From an uncultured delta proteobacterium (GTDB lineage Bacteria; Desulfobacterota; Syntrophia; Syntrophales; CAMTWB01): DNA of 64,000 nt. Of this stretch, positions 45,590-54,681 are shown piece by piece. The DNA is taken from positions 1,023 to 65,022 of the forward strand of contig CAMTWB010000005.1 of NCBI GenBank assembly GCA_947085375.1, read 5' to 3'. The notes beneath the pieces were generated by a model. That model was not told the origin of the DNA. It saw only the letters and a list, made by a program, of their open reading frames with translations, and ran no database searches. Both the position numbers and the translations under genes were made by a program. Numbering within the stretch: the first letter of the stretch is position 1; every line of letters begins with the position of its first letter.

Positions 45590-46879
45590 GTGAGAACGGT
45601 GCATCTTTTGGCGACAAATAAACATGAGCGAGAGGCAGATCAATTGAAATTAAGCCGACATTTCCGGGGAATGATCCCGCTGTTCGTCCTGGGGCACTTC
45701 AGCCACCACGTACTTACGTCGATTACCACTCCCCTGTTGCCCTACATCAGAAACAGCTTCAACCTGGACTATACCCAAACCGGTTTAGTGGTTTCCGCGT
45801 TCATGCTCTCCTACGGGCTGGGCCACCTGCCGGCGGGCTGGCTTGCCGATCGGGTAGAGCCACGGAAACTCATGACTATCGGGATATCCGGGGTGGCCCT
45901 GGTTGGAATTATGATCGGCTTGAGTCAGACCTATTTGCTTTTGATCGCCTTTCTCATCCTGATGGGTCTTTTAGCCGGCGGTTACCATCCCTCGGCGCCG
46001 GCGCTGATCAGTTCCTCCGTACAGCCGGAAAAGTTGGGAGGGGCGCTGGGATTACACAACATCGGCGGCGGGGCCAGCCACCTGGTAACTCCGCTGGTTG
46101 CCGTGGCCATTGCCGTTACCTGGGGATGGCGCACCGCCTTTGTGGCATTGGCGATTCCTACCCTCATCTTTGGCGTTGTCTTCTACTTCCTGCTCGGCCG
46201 CATGAACAAGCGGGAAAGGGAAAATCCGCCGCCGGAACGAGAAGAAGCAGCGCACGCCCTGAGCCGGAAGCAACGTTTGCGCCGCCTGACCATCTTCCTC
46301 GTCCTGACAACGATCACCGGGGCAATCATCAATTCCGCGGTTTCGTTTCTTCCGCTGCTCTTTGTTGACCAGTTTGGAATGAGAAAGCATCTGGCCGCAG
46401 CCTCTCTTTCGATCCTCTTTACGGCGGTATTCTGGGCGAGCCCCTTGGGCGGTCATCTGGCCGACCGCGTAGGCAGCATGAGGGTTATTCTGTGGGTTAC
46501 CTTTTGCGCCGGACCCTTAATCTTCCTGACTTCGATCATTTCCAGCGCCTGGGGGATTACGGTGCTCTTGCTGCTTTTAGGCACGGTTATCTTTGCCCGC
46601 ATGTCGGCTTCGGAAGCCTATCTTATCCAGATTGCGCCGGCGGACACCCGCTCCACAGTTCTTGGCATCTATTTCTTCGCGGGTATGGAAGGTGGCGCGA
46701 TTATTACCCCGCTTTTGGGATACATCATAGATCACATGAGTTTCACCGTCGCCTATGCGCTGGCCGGCGGGACGTCCTTTGTGGCAACGCTTATCTGTTC
46801 GTTCTGGCTCTGGGAGCCAGCGCAAAAATTGAAAAAATTGAAAATGGAGACTGCGTTCGATGATCGACGACAAAATTAG
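45590..46879 (+). CDS. MFS transporter
   Basis: 429 aa with about 12 TM segments and an MFS loop motif GWLADRVEPRK. GTG start as tracked, so the exact start is uncertain. Confidence 0.78.
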   Translation: MRTVHLLATNKHEREADQLKLSRHFRGMIPLFVLGHFSHHVLTSITTPLLPYIRNSFNLDYTQTGLVVSAFMLSYGLGHLPAGWLADRVEPRKLMTIGISGVALVGIMIGLSQTYLLLIAFLILMGLLAGGYHPSAPALISSSVQPEKLGGALGLHNIGGGASHLVTPLVAVAIAVTWGWRTAFVALAIPTLIFGVVFYFLLGRMNKRERENPPPEREEAAHALSRKQRLRRLTIFLVLTTITGAIINSAVSFLPLLFVDQFGMRKHLAAASLSILFTAVFWASPLGGHLADRVGSMRVILWVTFCAGPLIFLTSIISSAWGITVLLLLLGTVIFARMSASEAYLIQIAPADTRSTVLGIYFFAGMEGGAIITPLLGYIIDHMSFTVAYALAGGTSFVATLICSFWLWEPAQKLKKLKMETAFDDRRQN

Positions 46880-48251
46880 GGAAAAAATAATCTCCATCGT
46901 AGGGCGGGAGAACTGCCTGACTTCCGACCTGGAACGGTTCGCTTACTCCTATGACTCCTCCTTCATTCCTTTGACGCCGGCCAATAAGCCGGAGCTGGTA
47001 GCCCGTCCCCAGACCACCGAGGAGGTATCCCGGCTTTTGACCGTGGCTTATGAAAATCAAATTCCGGTCACACCCCGCGGCGCCGCCAGCGGCCGCAGCG
47101 GGGGCAGCATCCCTCTAAAAGGAGGGATATCACTCGCTCTCGACCGGATGAGCCGCATCATCGAGCTCGACCCGATGAATATGACGGTGATGACTGAGCC
47201 TGGGGTGCGCACGATTGACCTCTACAATTACGCCGCCGCCCGCGGTCTCTTCTACCCGCCCGATCCGGCCAGCTGGAAATTCTCCACCATCGGCGGGAAT
47301 GTGGCGGAAAACGCGGGCGGGATGAGGGCCGTGAAGTACGGTGTCACCGGCAACTATGTGATGGGTCTTGAGGTTGTCCTGGCTGATGGAACTATTTTGC
47401 AAACCGGTGGCAAGGCGATCAAAAATGTCACCGGCTATGACTTAAAGAGCCTCTTTGTTGGCTCGGAAGGAACCCTGGGGATCATCACCAGGGCGCTTCT
47501 CAGGCTCATTCCCCTGCCGCCAAGGCGCGGCACCCTGCAGATCATGTTCGGCTCCCTCGACGATGGCTGCGCCACCGTTCATCAACTGCTGTGCAGCGGG
47601 ATCGTGCCCTCCGCAGCCGAAATCATGGACCGGCTTTCGTTGGATGCGGTAGCGCGGCACCGGAAAATGAGCCTGGAGGCAAACATGGCCGCCTGTCTCA
47701 TCATTGAAATCGATGGTGATGATGATTCGGCAATTGCCGCCCAAACCAGTAAAATCAAGGAGCAAGCCAGCAAAAACCGCGCGCTTGCCTTCCGCACTGC
47801 CGAATCCCTGGCGGAGGCCGACGAACTTTGGGCCATCCGCCGGGGTGTCAGCTCCGCCTTGGCAGCCATGGCGCCTAATCGGATCAGTGAAGATATTTCC
47901 GTCCCTCGGGATGTCTTCCCCGAAGTGGTGCGCCGGATACAGGCCATCGCCGCAAATCATGGCCTTTCGATCAGCGTTTACGGCCATGCCGGTGATGGCA
48001 ATCTTCATCCTTCCATCTTGTGCGATATGAACAATCCACAAGAGGCCAGAAGGGTGCATCGGGCCATCGATGACCTCTTTGCCGTTGCCATTGAACTGGG
48101 CGGGACCCTCTCGGGCGAACATGGCATCGGCATCACCAAGCAGCCTTACATTGTTCAGGCGGTGAGTGAAGCCGGGGTAAAAACAATGCAGGCCATCAAA
48201 CAGGCTCTTGATCCCCGAGGAATACTAAACCCGGGCAAGATCTGGCAATAG
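46860..48251 (+). CDS. FAD-linked oxidase (GlcD / D-lactate dehydrogenase-like)
   Basis: FAD_binding_4-type N-terminal region (VTPRGAASGRSGGSIP) and a C-terminal GEHGIG motif. Confidence 0.85.
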   Translation: MIDDKIREKIISIVGRENCLTSDLERFAYSYDSSFIPLTPANKPELVARPQTTEEVSRLLTVAYENQIPVTPRGAASGRSGGSIPLKGGISLALDRMSRIIELDPMNMTVMTEPGVRTIDLYNYAAARGLFYPPDPASWKFSTIGGNVAENAGGMRAVKYGVTGNYVMGLEVVLADGTILQTGGKAIKNVTGYDLKSLFVGSEGTLGIITRALLRLIPLPPRRGTLQIMFGSLDDGCATVHQLLCSGIVPSAAEIMDRLSLDAVARHRKMSLEANMAACLIIEIDGDDDSAIAAQTSKIKEQASKNRALAFRTAESLAEADELWAIRRGVSSALAAMAPNRISEDISVPRDVFPEVVRRIQAIAANHGLSISVYGHAGDGNLHPSILCDMNNPQEARRVHRAIDDLFAVAIELGGTLSGEHGIGITKQPYIVQAVSEAGVKTMQAIKQALDPRGILNPGKIWQ

Positions 48252-48281
48252 GCGGCCGTCCGGATATTGGGAAAGTACTTT

Positions 48282-49508
48282 ATGCACCCATGCGAAGAAA
48301 ATAAATTACTGCAAGGCGTTAAAGACAAGGTAAGCCAGTGCGACCGCTGCGGCGCCTGCCTCCCGGTCTGCCCCCTCTTTGGGGTCAGGGACCTGGAATT
48401 AGCGAGCGCCCGGGGTAAAAACACCCTCGGGCGTGCCTTGGCGGAAGGGATAATCGAACCCACCCGGGAAGCACTTAAGGCGGTCGATTTTTGTCTGTTG
48501 TGCCGCGCCTGTGTTGACAACTGCCCGGTCCAGGTTAAGACTGATGAAGCGATGGTTGACCTGCGCCGCCTCTTGATAGAAAAAACAGGCGCCACGAACA
48601 GCAAATACCGTCTCGTGGGGGGGCTCTTGAAAAGTCCCCGGCTGGTTGGAATCGCCGCCCGCGCCCTGTCGTTCCTGCGGCAGACCGGGCTGAACAATCT
48701 TGTTCCCTTTGGCCTGGCGCCGGATGAATACACCCGCGCCCATTTTCTGGCCAGCTTTGCCGGACCGGCTGTACTGGGGCCACCGGCGCCATCGATCGTC
48801 ACTGAAATCGGCTCTGGAGCGAAAATTGCGTATTTCCAAGGCTGTGGCATGAAAATGATGTTTCCGCAAGCGACAGCAGAGTCGCTGGCCATTTTGCAGA
48901 CCACAGCCAACGTATGGAGGCCGAATAATTTTTGCTGCGGCCTGCCCCACCTGGCGCACGGTTTGCGGGAAGAGTTTTTGAATCTGGCCCGAAAAAATAT
49001 CCGTCTTTTCGAAAAGGCCGATCTGATCATCAGCGACTGCGCCAGCTGTGGCGGCACGTTGAAGCACCTGGCTTCTTTTTTTCAAGGCGACCCCTTATGG
49101 GAAGAGCAGGCGGCTTCTTTCAGCCGCAAGGTGATGGACTTGACCGAGTACCTCACAGTCATAGGCTATACCCCCCGCAAGAGAGTGGACGGGGCGCTTA
49201 CCTATCACGACCCCTGCCATCTGGCGCGGGGGCAGGGCATCAAAAAACAACCCCGTGATCTTCTAAAGATGACCGGTAATTTTATTGAAATGGAGGAGGC
49301 CGGCGTCTGCTGCGGCGGGGCAGGATCGTTCCATCTGGATTATCCGGACATTTCGGCGCTGATTTTGGGAAAGAAGTTAAAGAACATCGAGAAAACCGGC
49401 GCATCCCTGGTCGTCACCGGCTGTCCCGGCTGCCTGATCCAGCTTGCCAAGGCGGCCAGGGCTTCGGGCGGGAAGTTCCAGGCGCTGCATATCAGCCAGG
49501 CAATTTGA
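48282..49508 (+). CDS. (Fe-S)-binding CCG-domain oxidoreductase (GlcF-like partner)
   Basis: CDRCGACLPVCP and CLLCRACVDNCP cluster motifs and two CCG-type regions (CCGLP, CCGGAG). The start could also be the TTG at 48267. Confidence 0.82.
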   Translation: MHPCEENKLLQGVKDKVSQCDRCGACLPVCPLFGVRDLELASARGKNTLGRALAEGIIEPTREALKAVDFCLLCRACVDNCPVQVKTDEAMVDLRRLLIEKTGATNSKYRLVGGLLKSPRLVGIAARALSFLRQTGLNNLVPFGLAPDEYTRAHFLASFAGPAVLGPPAPSIVTEIGSGAKIAYFQGCGMKMMFPQATAESLAILQTTANVWRPNNFCCGLPHLAHGLREEFLNLARKNIRLFEKADLIISDCASCGGTLKHLASFFQGDPLWEEQAASFSRKVMDLTEYLTVIGYTPRKRVDGALTYHDPCHLARGQGIKKQPRDLLKMTGNFIEMEEAGVCCGGAGSFHLDYPDISALILGKKLKNIEKTGASLVVTGCPGCLIQLAKAARASGGKFQALHISQAI

Positions 49509-49539
49509 AATTGTCGGCTCTTTACGAGGGCGCCAGATT

Positions 49540-49764
49540 TTGATGACACTGTAAAAAGTCCATATACTGCGTTGCGCTAAACCCTTCCCTTCGACCCCTT
49601 GGCCCTTCGACAAGCTCAGGGCTCAGGGCAGGCTCTTTGCTGGTCATGGTGAGCCTGTCGAACCATGCGCGCCTTGCCTATGGCGCTTTTTACAGCGTCA
49701 TCCCCAAATTACAGTTTTACCGGCTTATTACCGCTTCGTCAGATCTGACGGCTTCGCAAAAGGT
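49540..49764 (+). mobile_element. Family B element, variant interior (copy 6) plus a solo terminus
   Basis: GATGACACTGTAAAAAGTCC ... GCGCTTTTTACAGCGTCATC followed by tail CCCCAAATTACAGTTTTACCGGCTTATTACCGCTTCGTC. The interior carries a CCCTTCGACAAGCTCAGGGC...GAGCCTGTCGAACC module. An 8-bp direct repeat GCCAGATT sits at 49532-49539 and 49765-49772. Confidence 0.75.
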
Positions 49765-49836
49765 GCCAGATTGAAAATGCCCGAACACCTGATGCCCCAG
49801 CTTACATCAGGGGCCGGGTCTTTCGTCAGTAAGCGG

Positions 49837-50280
49837 TCAGAACTTACCGGCAATGTAATTGCTCAATTGCTCGATCAGGGTCTCCTGCTCCGAAATAATG
49901 GACTTCAGGACATCCCCAATGGAGACGAGGCCGATGAACGTATCACCCTCGTAAACCGGGAGATGGCGGATACGGTTGCCGGTAATCAGGATCATACACT
50001 CTTCGACGGTGGTGTCGGGCTTGACAGTGTACAGCACCCGGGCGGGGGTCATAATCTCTTCTACCCTGGTTTCCGGCGATTTTTTTCCTTTAAGCACGAC
50101 TTTCCGGGCGTAATCTCTCTCAGTTATAATTCCGAGGACTTTTCCCGCATCGTCTAGTACCATCAGCGCCCCAATCTCCTTTTCCACCATGAGTTGCAGG
50201 GCTTCATACACCGTGGACTGAGGAGAAACACTGTAGATCACCTTGTTTTTGCCTGCGAGCAGATCTCTTACTTTTTTCAT
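49837..50280 (-). CDS. CBS-pair domain protein
   Basis: 147 aa with two CBS motifs. ATG at 50280 follows AGGAGGG. Confidence 0.8.
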   Translation of the reverse strand: MKKVRDLLAGKNKVIYSVSPQSTVYEALQLMVEKEIGALMVLDDAGKVLGIITERDYARKVVLKGKKSPETRVEEIMTPARVLYTVKPDTTVEECMILITGNRIRHLPVYEGDTFIGLVSIGDVLKSIISEQETLIEQLSNYIAGKF

Positions 50281-50324
50281 GTCTTGACCCTCCTTTTTAG
50301 CTATCAATGGTTAACAATTTAAAA

Positions 50325-51104
50325 CTACTGCAGCGTATCTCCCGGCTTCATTACAATCACCCTCGTTTGTGGGACCGCGGTCATTTGCCGCAGGAATTCC
50401 TCCGGTGTGCCGGTCAAGACCGGGAAGGTGCCATGATGGATGGGAACGACGTATCTTGAACCCAAAAGCCGGGCGGCGTAAGTGGCTTCTCGGGGGTCCA
50501 TCGTAAAGTGGCTGCCAATGGGAAGGATGGAGAGTTCCGGCTGATAGATATCGCCGATGATTTTCATATCCCCAAAAACGCAGGTGTCTCCGGCATGATA
50601 GATCGTAAAATCATTTTCGAATCTAATGACAAAGCCGGCTGGCTCGCCGGTATAAATTACCTGATCTCCTTCGGTTACACTCGAGCTGTGGAAGGCGTTG
50701 ACCATGGTAACTGCAATGCCGTGAGAGGTATAGGTGCCGCCTTTATTCATGCCGACGACATTTTTGGCCCCCTTCCGGGTCAAATACCTTCCCAGCTCCG
50801 GCATGGCAACGATTCGCGCATTGGTCTTTTCGGCAATAGCCAGTGTGTCACCCACATGATCGGCGTGGCCATGAGTCACGAGAATAAGGTCCGCCTTGTC
50901 AACCACCTTCATCTCGGCCGGCGTTCGGGGATTTGCACTGAGAAAAGGATCGATATAGACCACGACCCCCTTGGTGGAAACAAACTTAAAAGCAGCGTGC
51001 CCCAGGTAGGTGATCTTTACCTCCCTACCAATCTCATTTGCCTCTACCGGCAGGGTAAGCATCAGAAAGGGAGCCAACCAAAACAAATGCCCGTTCCTGA
51101 TCAT
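50325..51104 (-). CDS. Exported MBL-fold metal-dependent hydrolase
   Basis: Signal-like N-terminus and a VTHGHADHVGD metal-binding motif. Confidence 0.8.
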   Translation of the reverse strand: MIRNGHLFWLAPFLMLTLPVEANEIGREVKITYLGHAAFKFVSTKGVVVYIDPFLSANPRTPAEMKVVDKADLILVTHGHADHVGDTLAIAEKTNARIVAMPELGRYLTRKGAKNVVGMNKGGTYTSHGIAVTMVNAFHSSSVTEGDQVIYTGEPAGFVIRFENDFTIYHAGDTCVFGDMKIIGDIYQPELSILPIGSHFTMDPREATYAARLLGSRYVVPIHHGTFPVLTGTPEEFLRQMTAVPQTRVIVMKPGDTLQ

Positions 51105-51204
51105 AGTGACACCTCATTTTTGATTTTGGTTCAGTTTACACAATTGAGACGATCTTGCAATGTTTTTTCAAGGACAGGACCGGGACGGGCGTGATGAACA
51201 ACAG

Positions 51205-51396
51205 CTGCAATGTAGCGTTTTAGTAACTACTCAGGAGCCAGGAGCCAGTATGGAAAGCAGGCCCGCGCCAGGATCTTCGATACTTTATTGTATGGCAAAA
51301 GGCAGGAGCAGTTTGTTTTATCCATCTATCACTGCCTTTATTCTGAATTATGACTCCTGAATTCTGGCTCCTTAGCAGTTACGAAGCAAGTTGCAG
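51205..51396. repeat. Long imperfect inverted repeat (about 44-bp arms) with a nested inner hairpin; single copy in window
   Basis: CTGCAATGTAGCGTTTTAGTAACTACTCAGGAGCCAG (left arm) pairs with CTGGCTCCTTAGCAGTTACGAAGCAAGTTGCAG (right arm). Inner AAAGGCAG (51298-51305) pairs with CTGCCTTT (51332-51339). Confidence 0.7.
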
Positions 51397-51414
51397 TGAT
51401 GATATCGGACGAGA

Positions 51415-52269
51415 TTAAAAATCCCGCGGCAGACGGTCGAGCTCCGCCATTGAAAACACGGGGCCATCTTTACAGACATACTTGCTGCCAACATTACAGC
51501 GGCCGCACTTGCCGATACCGCATTTCATTCTCATTTCCAGCGAGGTGAGGATGTTTTCTTTAGAAAAACCTAAACCAATAAATACCGGAAGGGTATATTT
51601 AATCATGATCGGCGGGCCGCAGATTACGGCGACTGCATTCTCCGAGCTGGGAGCCGCATCTTTACAGATTGTGGGAACAAATCCTTCCTTACCCTCCCAG
51701 GCAGCATCTCCCTTGTCCACAGTGACACAGACATTCAAATCGTTCCTCTGACACCAGGAGCCAAGTTCGCCCTTGTAGCACAATAGCCCGGGATTGCGGG
51801 CGCCGTAAACTACCGAGATATTGCCGAAGCGCTTACGGTTATCCTCATGCAGCATGTAGTTAACCAGTGAGCGCAGGGTGGTGAAAGCAAAGCCACCGCC
51901 AACCACTACAATGTTTTTACCCTCCAGAAATTCAATCGGCCAGGGGTTCCCGAGGGGACCGCGAATGCCCAGTCTTGCCCCCTCGGTCATGTCGTGCAGA
52001 GCGGTGGTAACGAGGCCGGGCACCGCTGTTCCGGCGCGTTGCACGGTAAATTCCAGGTAACCCTTTTCAGTAGGTGATGAGGCAATGCCGATCGGGCTTT
52101 CCCCCTTGCCGTAAATGGAAAGCTCGGCAAATTGCCCCGGCAGGTACTGAAAATTATTCTCATCCTCCTTGTTGACAAAAGCCAGACGGAAGGTCTTGAT
52201 CTCATTGGTATCGACTTCGGAGACAACCTTTATGATCTCCACCGGCATGGGAATATATGGGTTCTGCAT
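51415..52269 (-). CDS. FAD/NAD(P)-binding oxidoreductase with C-terminal 2Fe-2S site (FlxA / HydG / AsrB-like)
   Basis: Ferredoxin-reductase-type fold pattern and a CGIGKCGRCNV cluster motif. It is the last gene of the hdr-flx string. Confidence 0.75.
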   Translation of the reverse strand: MQNPYIPMPVEIIKVVSEVDTNEIKTFRLAFVNKEDENNFQYLPGQFAELSIYGKGESPIGIASSPTEKGYLEFTVQRAGTAVPGLVTTALHDMTEGARLGIRGPLGNPWPIEFLEGKNIVVVGGGFAFTTLRSLVNYMLHEDNRKRFGNISVVYGARNPGLLCYKGELGSWCQRNDLNVCVTVDKGDAAWEGKEGFVPTICKDAAPSSENAVAVICGPPIMIKYTLPVFIGLGFSKENILTSLEMRMKCGIGKCGRCNVGSKYVCKDGPVFSMAELDRLPRDF

Positions 52270-52278
52270 TTTTGCTCC

Positions 52279-53316
52279 TTACTTTTTCATCGCTTCGGCA
52301 ATGATGGTAAAGATGTCGATATTAACCGGGCAGGATCTCGTGCAGCGGCCGCAGCCGACGCAGGAGATGACCCCGAAATTCCGGATGTAATAACTGTACT
52401 TGTGACACACCTTCTGCCGCAGACGCTGGTAAACCCGGGATCGGGGATTGTGCCCGCTTGCCTCCAGGGTAAAATCGGTAAACATACAGGCATCCCAGAA
52501 GCGCCTGCGGGCACCGTCCCGGAAAATGTTTTCATCGGCAATGTCGAAACAGTGACAGGTGGGACAGACAAAGGTGCAGGTGCCGCAACTGATGCACGCC
52601 GCCGCCATCTGCTCCCAAAACGCGGTGTCGGCGAAGAGGTTCTCCAGTTTGCTTGCCGTCCGCTTAGGATCGCAATCGAGATTTCTGGTCACAATAGCGG
52701 CTCCCTGGGCCAGGGCGGCAAGATAATACTGCTCGTCGTCGCCGGTGGCTTCGGTAAAGAGCGCGGCCTGCTTAGCCAGTAAGGCATTGCCCTTCTCGGT
52801 GAGCCCCTTAAACAGCAATTCACCGTTTTTCTTGATGAGGAAAATGTCACTCCCCCGGGTATCGGTGGCGCTAATTCCCAGGCTGCTGTAAAAATCAACC
52901 GCATCCGGCGTTTGGTTTATAAAGGGATAGCCGATAACCACCGTCAAATCCCTGCGGCTCTGCCAATAGGGATCGACAATGCCACTGCCTAGAAACAGTT
53001 CATCCATCAAGAAAAAACTGTACGCGTCCGGCGGTCTCACTCCCAAAAGAATCGTCTGGGCGGTCGGCAGGGGCGTTGTCTTGGCTGTTGGCTCTCCTCG
53101 GCCCAGTCGATAGCTGATCAGATCTTCCGATTGGGGGAAAAACACCGCTTTGGGGCTCAAAACGCTGTTGTAAAAATCAAGAGTGACAGCAAGCGGGCTT
53201 CGGATGGACTGGAAATTCACCCCCCGGTCATCCCGGACGGGGGCGTAAAGCGGCCCCTGGTCGATGAGCGCGGTAACCAATTCACTCAACTTTCCCTGTT
53301 CAATCTTCTTCAACAC
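52279..53316 (-). CDS. 4Fe-4S dicluster protein (FlxB / HydB / AsrA-like)
   Basis: CISCGTCTFVCPTCHC and CVGCGRCTRSCP motifs. 345 aa. Confidence 0.72.
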   Translation of the reverse strand: MLKKIEQGKLSELVTALIDQGPLYAPVRDDRGVNFQSIRSPLAVTLDFYNSVLSPKAVFFPQSEDLISYRLGRGEPTAKTTPLPTAQTILLGVRPPDAYSFFLMDELFLGSGIVDPYWQSRRDLTVVIGYPFINQTPDAVDFYSSLGISATDTRGSDIFLIKKNGELLFKGLTEKGNALLAKQAALFTEATGDDEQYYLAALAQGAAIVTRNLDCDPKRTASKLENLFADTAFWEQMAAACISCGTCTFVCPTCHCFDIADENIFRDGARRRFWDACMFTDFTLEASGHNPRSRVYQRLRQKVCHKYSYYIRNFGVISCVGCGRCTRSCPVNIDIFTIIAEAMKK

Positions 53317-53357
53317 GACATACTCCTGTATTGGGTTGCCTTACGGCCGGCTTTAAA

Positions 53358-54218
53358 CTACTTCAACATCTCATCGGTGTCTTCTACCCGGAAATCGACC
53401 ATCACCGGTTTGTCTTCGATCCTCATCCCGGCGGCCTGCCCGAACATTTCCTCGCAGTCTTGGGCCAGTTTCTTATGGAATAGATACAGCGGAATATCAA
53501 CGGGACAGGACCGGGAACAATTTCCGCAATCGATGCACCGGCCGGCCAGGTGATAAAACCGGGTGAGGTGATACATGATGCTGCCCTCGGCAGTGGGTGA
53601 CTTGTCTGCCCAGCGGGGCCGGGATTGATCCATGAAGCAGGGGTCGCAGTAGCACATCGGACAGGCCTTGCGACAGGCAAAACAGCGCAGACAGCGGCTC
53701 AATTCGTTTTGCCAGAACTGCCAGCGGTCATCTTTTCCCATGACCTCAAGCGGTTTCAATACCTGATAGGGTGACTCGGTCCTGCCGTATTTTTCCTCCC
53801 CCAAAAGATAGTCGCACAATACCGGGTTTATCTGGCCGCCCGTGGTTTGGGCGTCAATAATCTTCCCGGTTTTCTGATCTACCATGCCGGAGGCGGGAAT
53901 GCCCAGAAGCACCAGATCCTCCCGGCGGAGTTTGGCCTCCTGGATAAGCTGAACTACCGCCCGGCTGTCGGCGCCTTTCACCACAATGGCAACCTTGATC
54001 CCGGGGGGACAGCGCATCAGGTAGCCCACCAGATTGAAGGTGCAAAATTCGTTAAATACCAGGTTGTCAGCATCGGCGACCGTTTTTGCTACGTAGGGCA
54101 TGGGATGCTGGTCATCGTATCCCCGGCCGTAGGCAATCACTTGAGCTACCTCGCCCCGCTCCAAAAGCTCTTTCGCCTGTTGTATCAGTTTCTTTTCTAT
54201 TTCTTTGAAGGCCGTCAT
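53358..54218 (-). CDS. Iron-sulfur protein (FlxC-like)
   Basis: CLRCFACRKACPMCYC and CIDCGNCSRSCP motifs. 286 aa. Positioned between the MvhD-like and FlxB-like genes. Confidence 0.65.
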   Translation of the reverse strand: MTAFKEIEKKLIQQAKELLERGEVAQVIAYGRGYDDQHPMPYVAKTVADADNLVFNEFCTFNLVGYLMRCPPGIKVAIVVKGADSRAVVQLIQEAKLRREDLVLLGIPASGMVDQKTGKIIDAQTTGGQINPVLCDYLLGEEKYGRTESPYQVLKPLEVMGKDDRWQFWQNELSRCLRCFACRKACPMCYCDPCFMDQSRPRWADKSPTAEGSIMYHLTRFYHLAGRCIDCGNCSRSCPVDIPLYLFHKKLAQDCEEMFGQAAGMRIEDKPVMVDFRVEDTDEMLK

Positions 54219-54232
54219 ATCAACTCCCCGGA

Positions 54233-54655
54233 CTATCCATCATGGCTTACTTTCAGCTTGGTTTGCGGGCCCAGGCCCTTTACCGCCGCGGTAAATTCGG
54301 TTACCACTTCGGCAAAGCGGTTGCCCTCCGAAGCCGATATCCATTCCACCCGGAACCGGCCCGGCTCCAGGCCGGCAAACTCCAGGATTTTCTTCGTAAT
54401 GGCCAGCCGACGGCGGGCATACATGTTACCCGTTCCGTAGTGACAGTCACCGGGATGACAGCCGCCAATCAGTACCCCGTCGGCGCCCAGCTGAAAGGCG
54501 CGAAAAACAAAAGAGGGATTAATGCGGCTCGAACACATGACCCTCACCATGCGCAGATTCTGGGGATACTTAAGTCTGGTCGTACCGGCCAGGTCGGCGC
54601 CGGTGTAGGTACACCAGTTACAGGCAATACCCAGTATTTTCGGCTCAAAATCCAT
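54233..54655 (-). CDS. MvhD/FlxD-type methyl-viologen-reducing hydrogenase delta subunit-like protein
   Basis: ILGIACNWCTYTGADLAG and GGCHPGDCHY motifs. 140 aa. Confidence 0.85.
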   Translation of the reverse strand: MDFEPKILGIACNWCTYTGADLAGTTRLKYPQNLRMVRVMCSSRINPSFVFRAFQLGADGVLIGGCHPGDCHYGTGNMYARRRLAITKKILEFAGLEPGRFRVEWISASEGNRFAEVVTEFTAAVKGLGPQTKLKVSHDG

Positions 54656-54681
54656 AGCTGCTCCTCGTTTTCGCTAAAACA

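Noticed and set aside
49532-49772. Treating GCCAGATT (8 bp) as a clean target-site duplication of family B copy 6
   Set aside because: The right copy lies beyond an extra solo terminus (49741-49764), so the structure is composite. It is reported only as weaker supporting evidence. Likewise AATATT at copy 7 and the A/T-rich flanks of copy 5 are too short or ambiguous to count.
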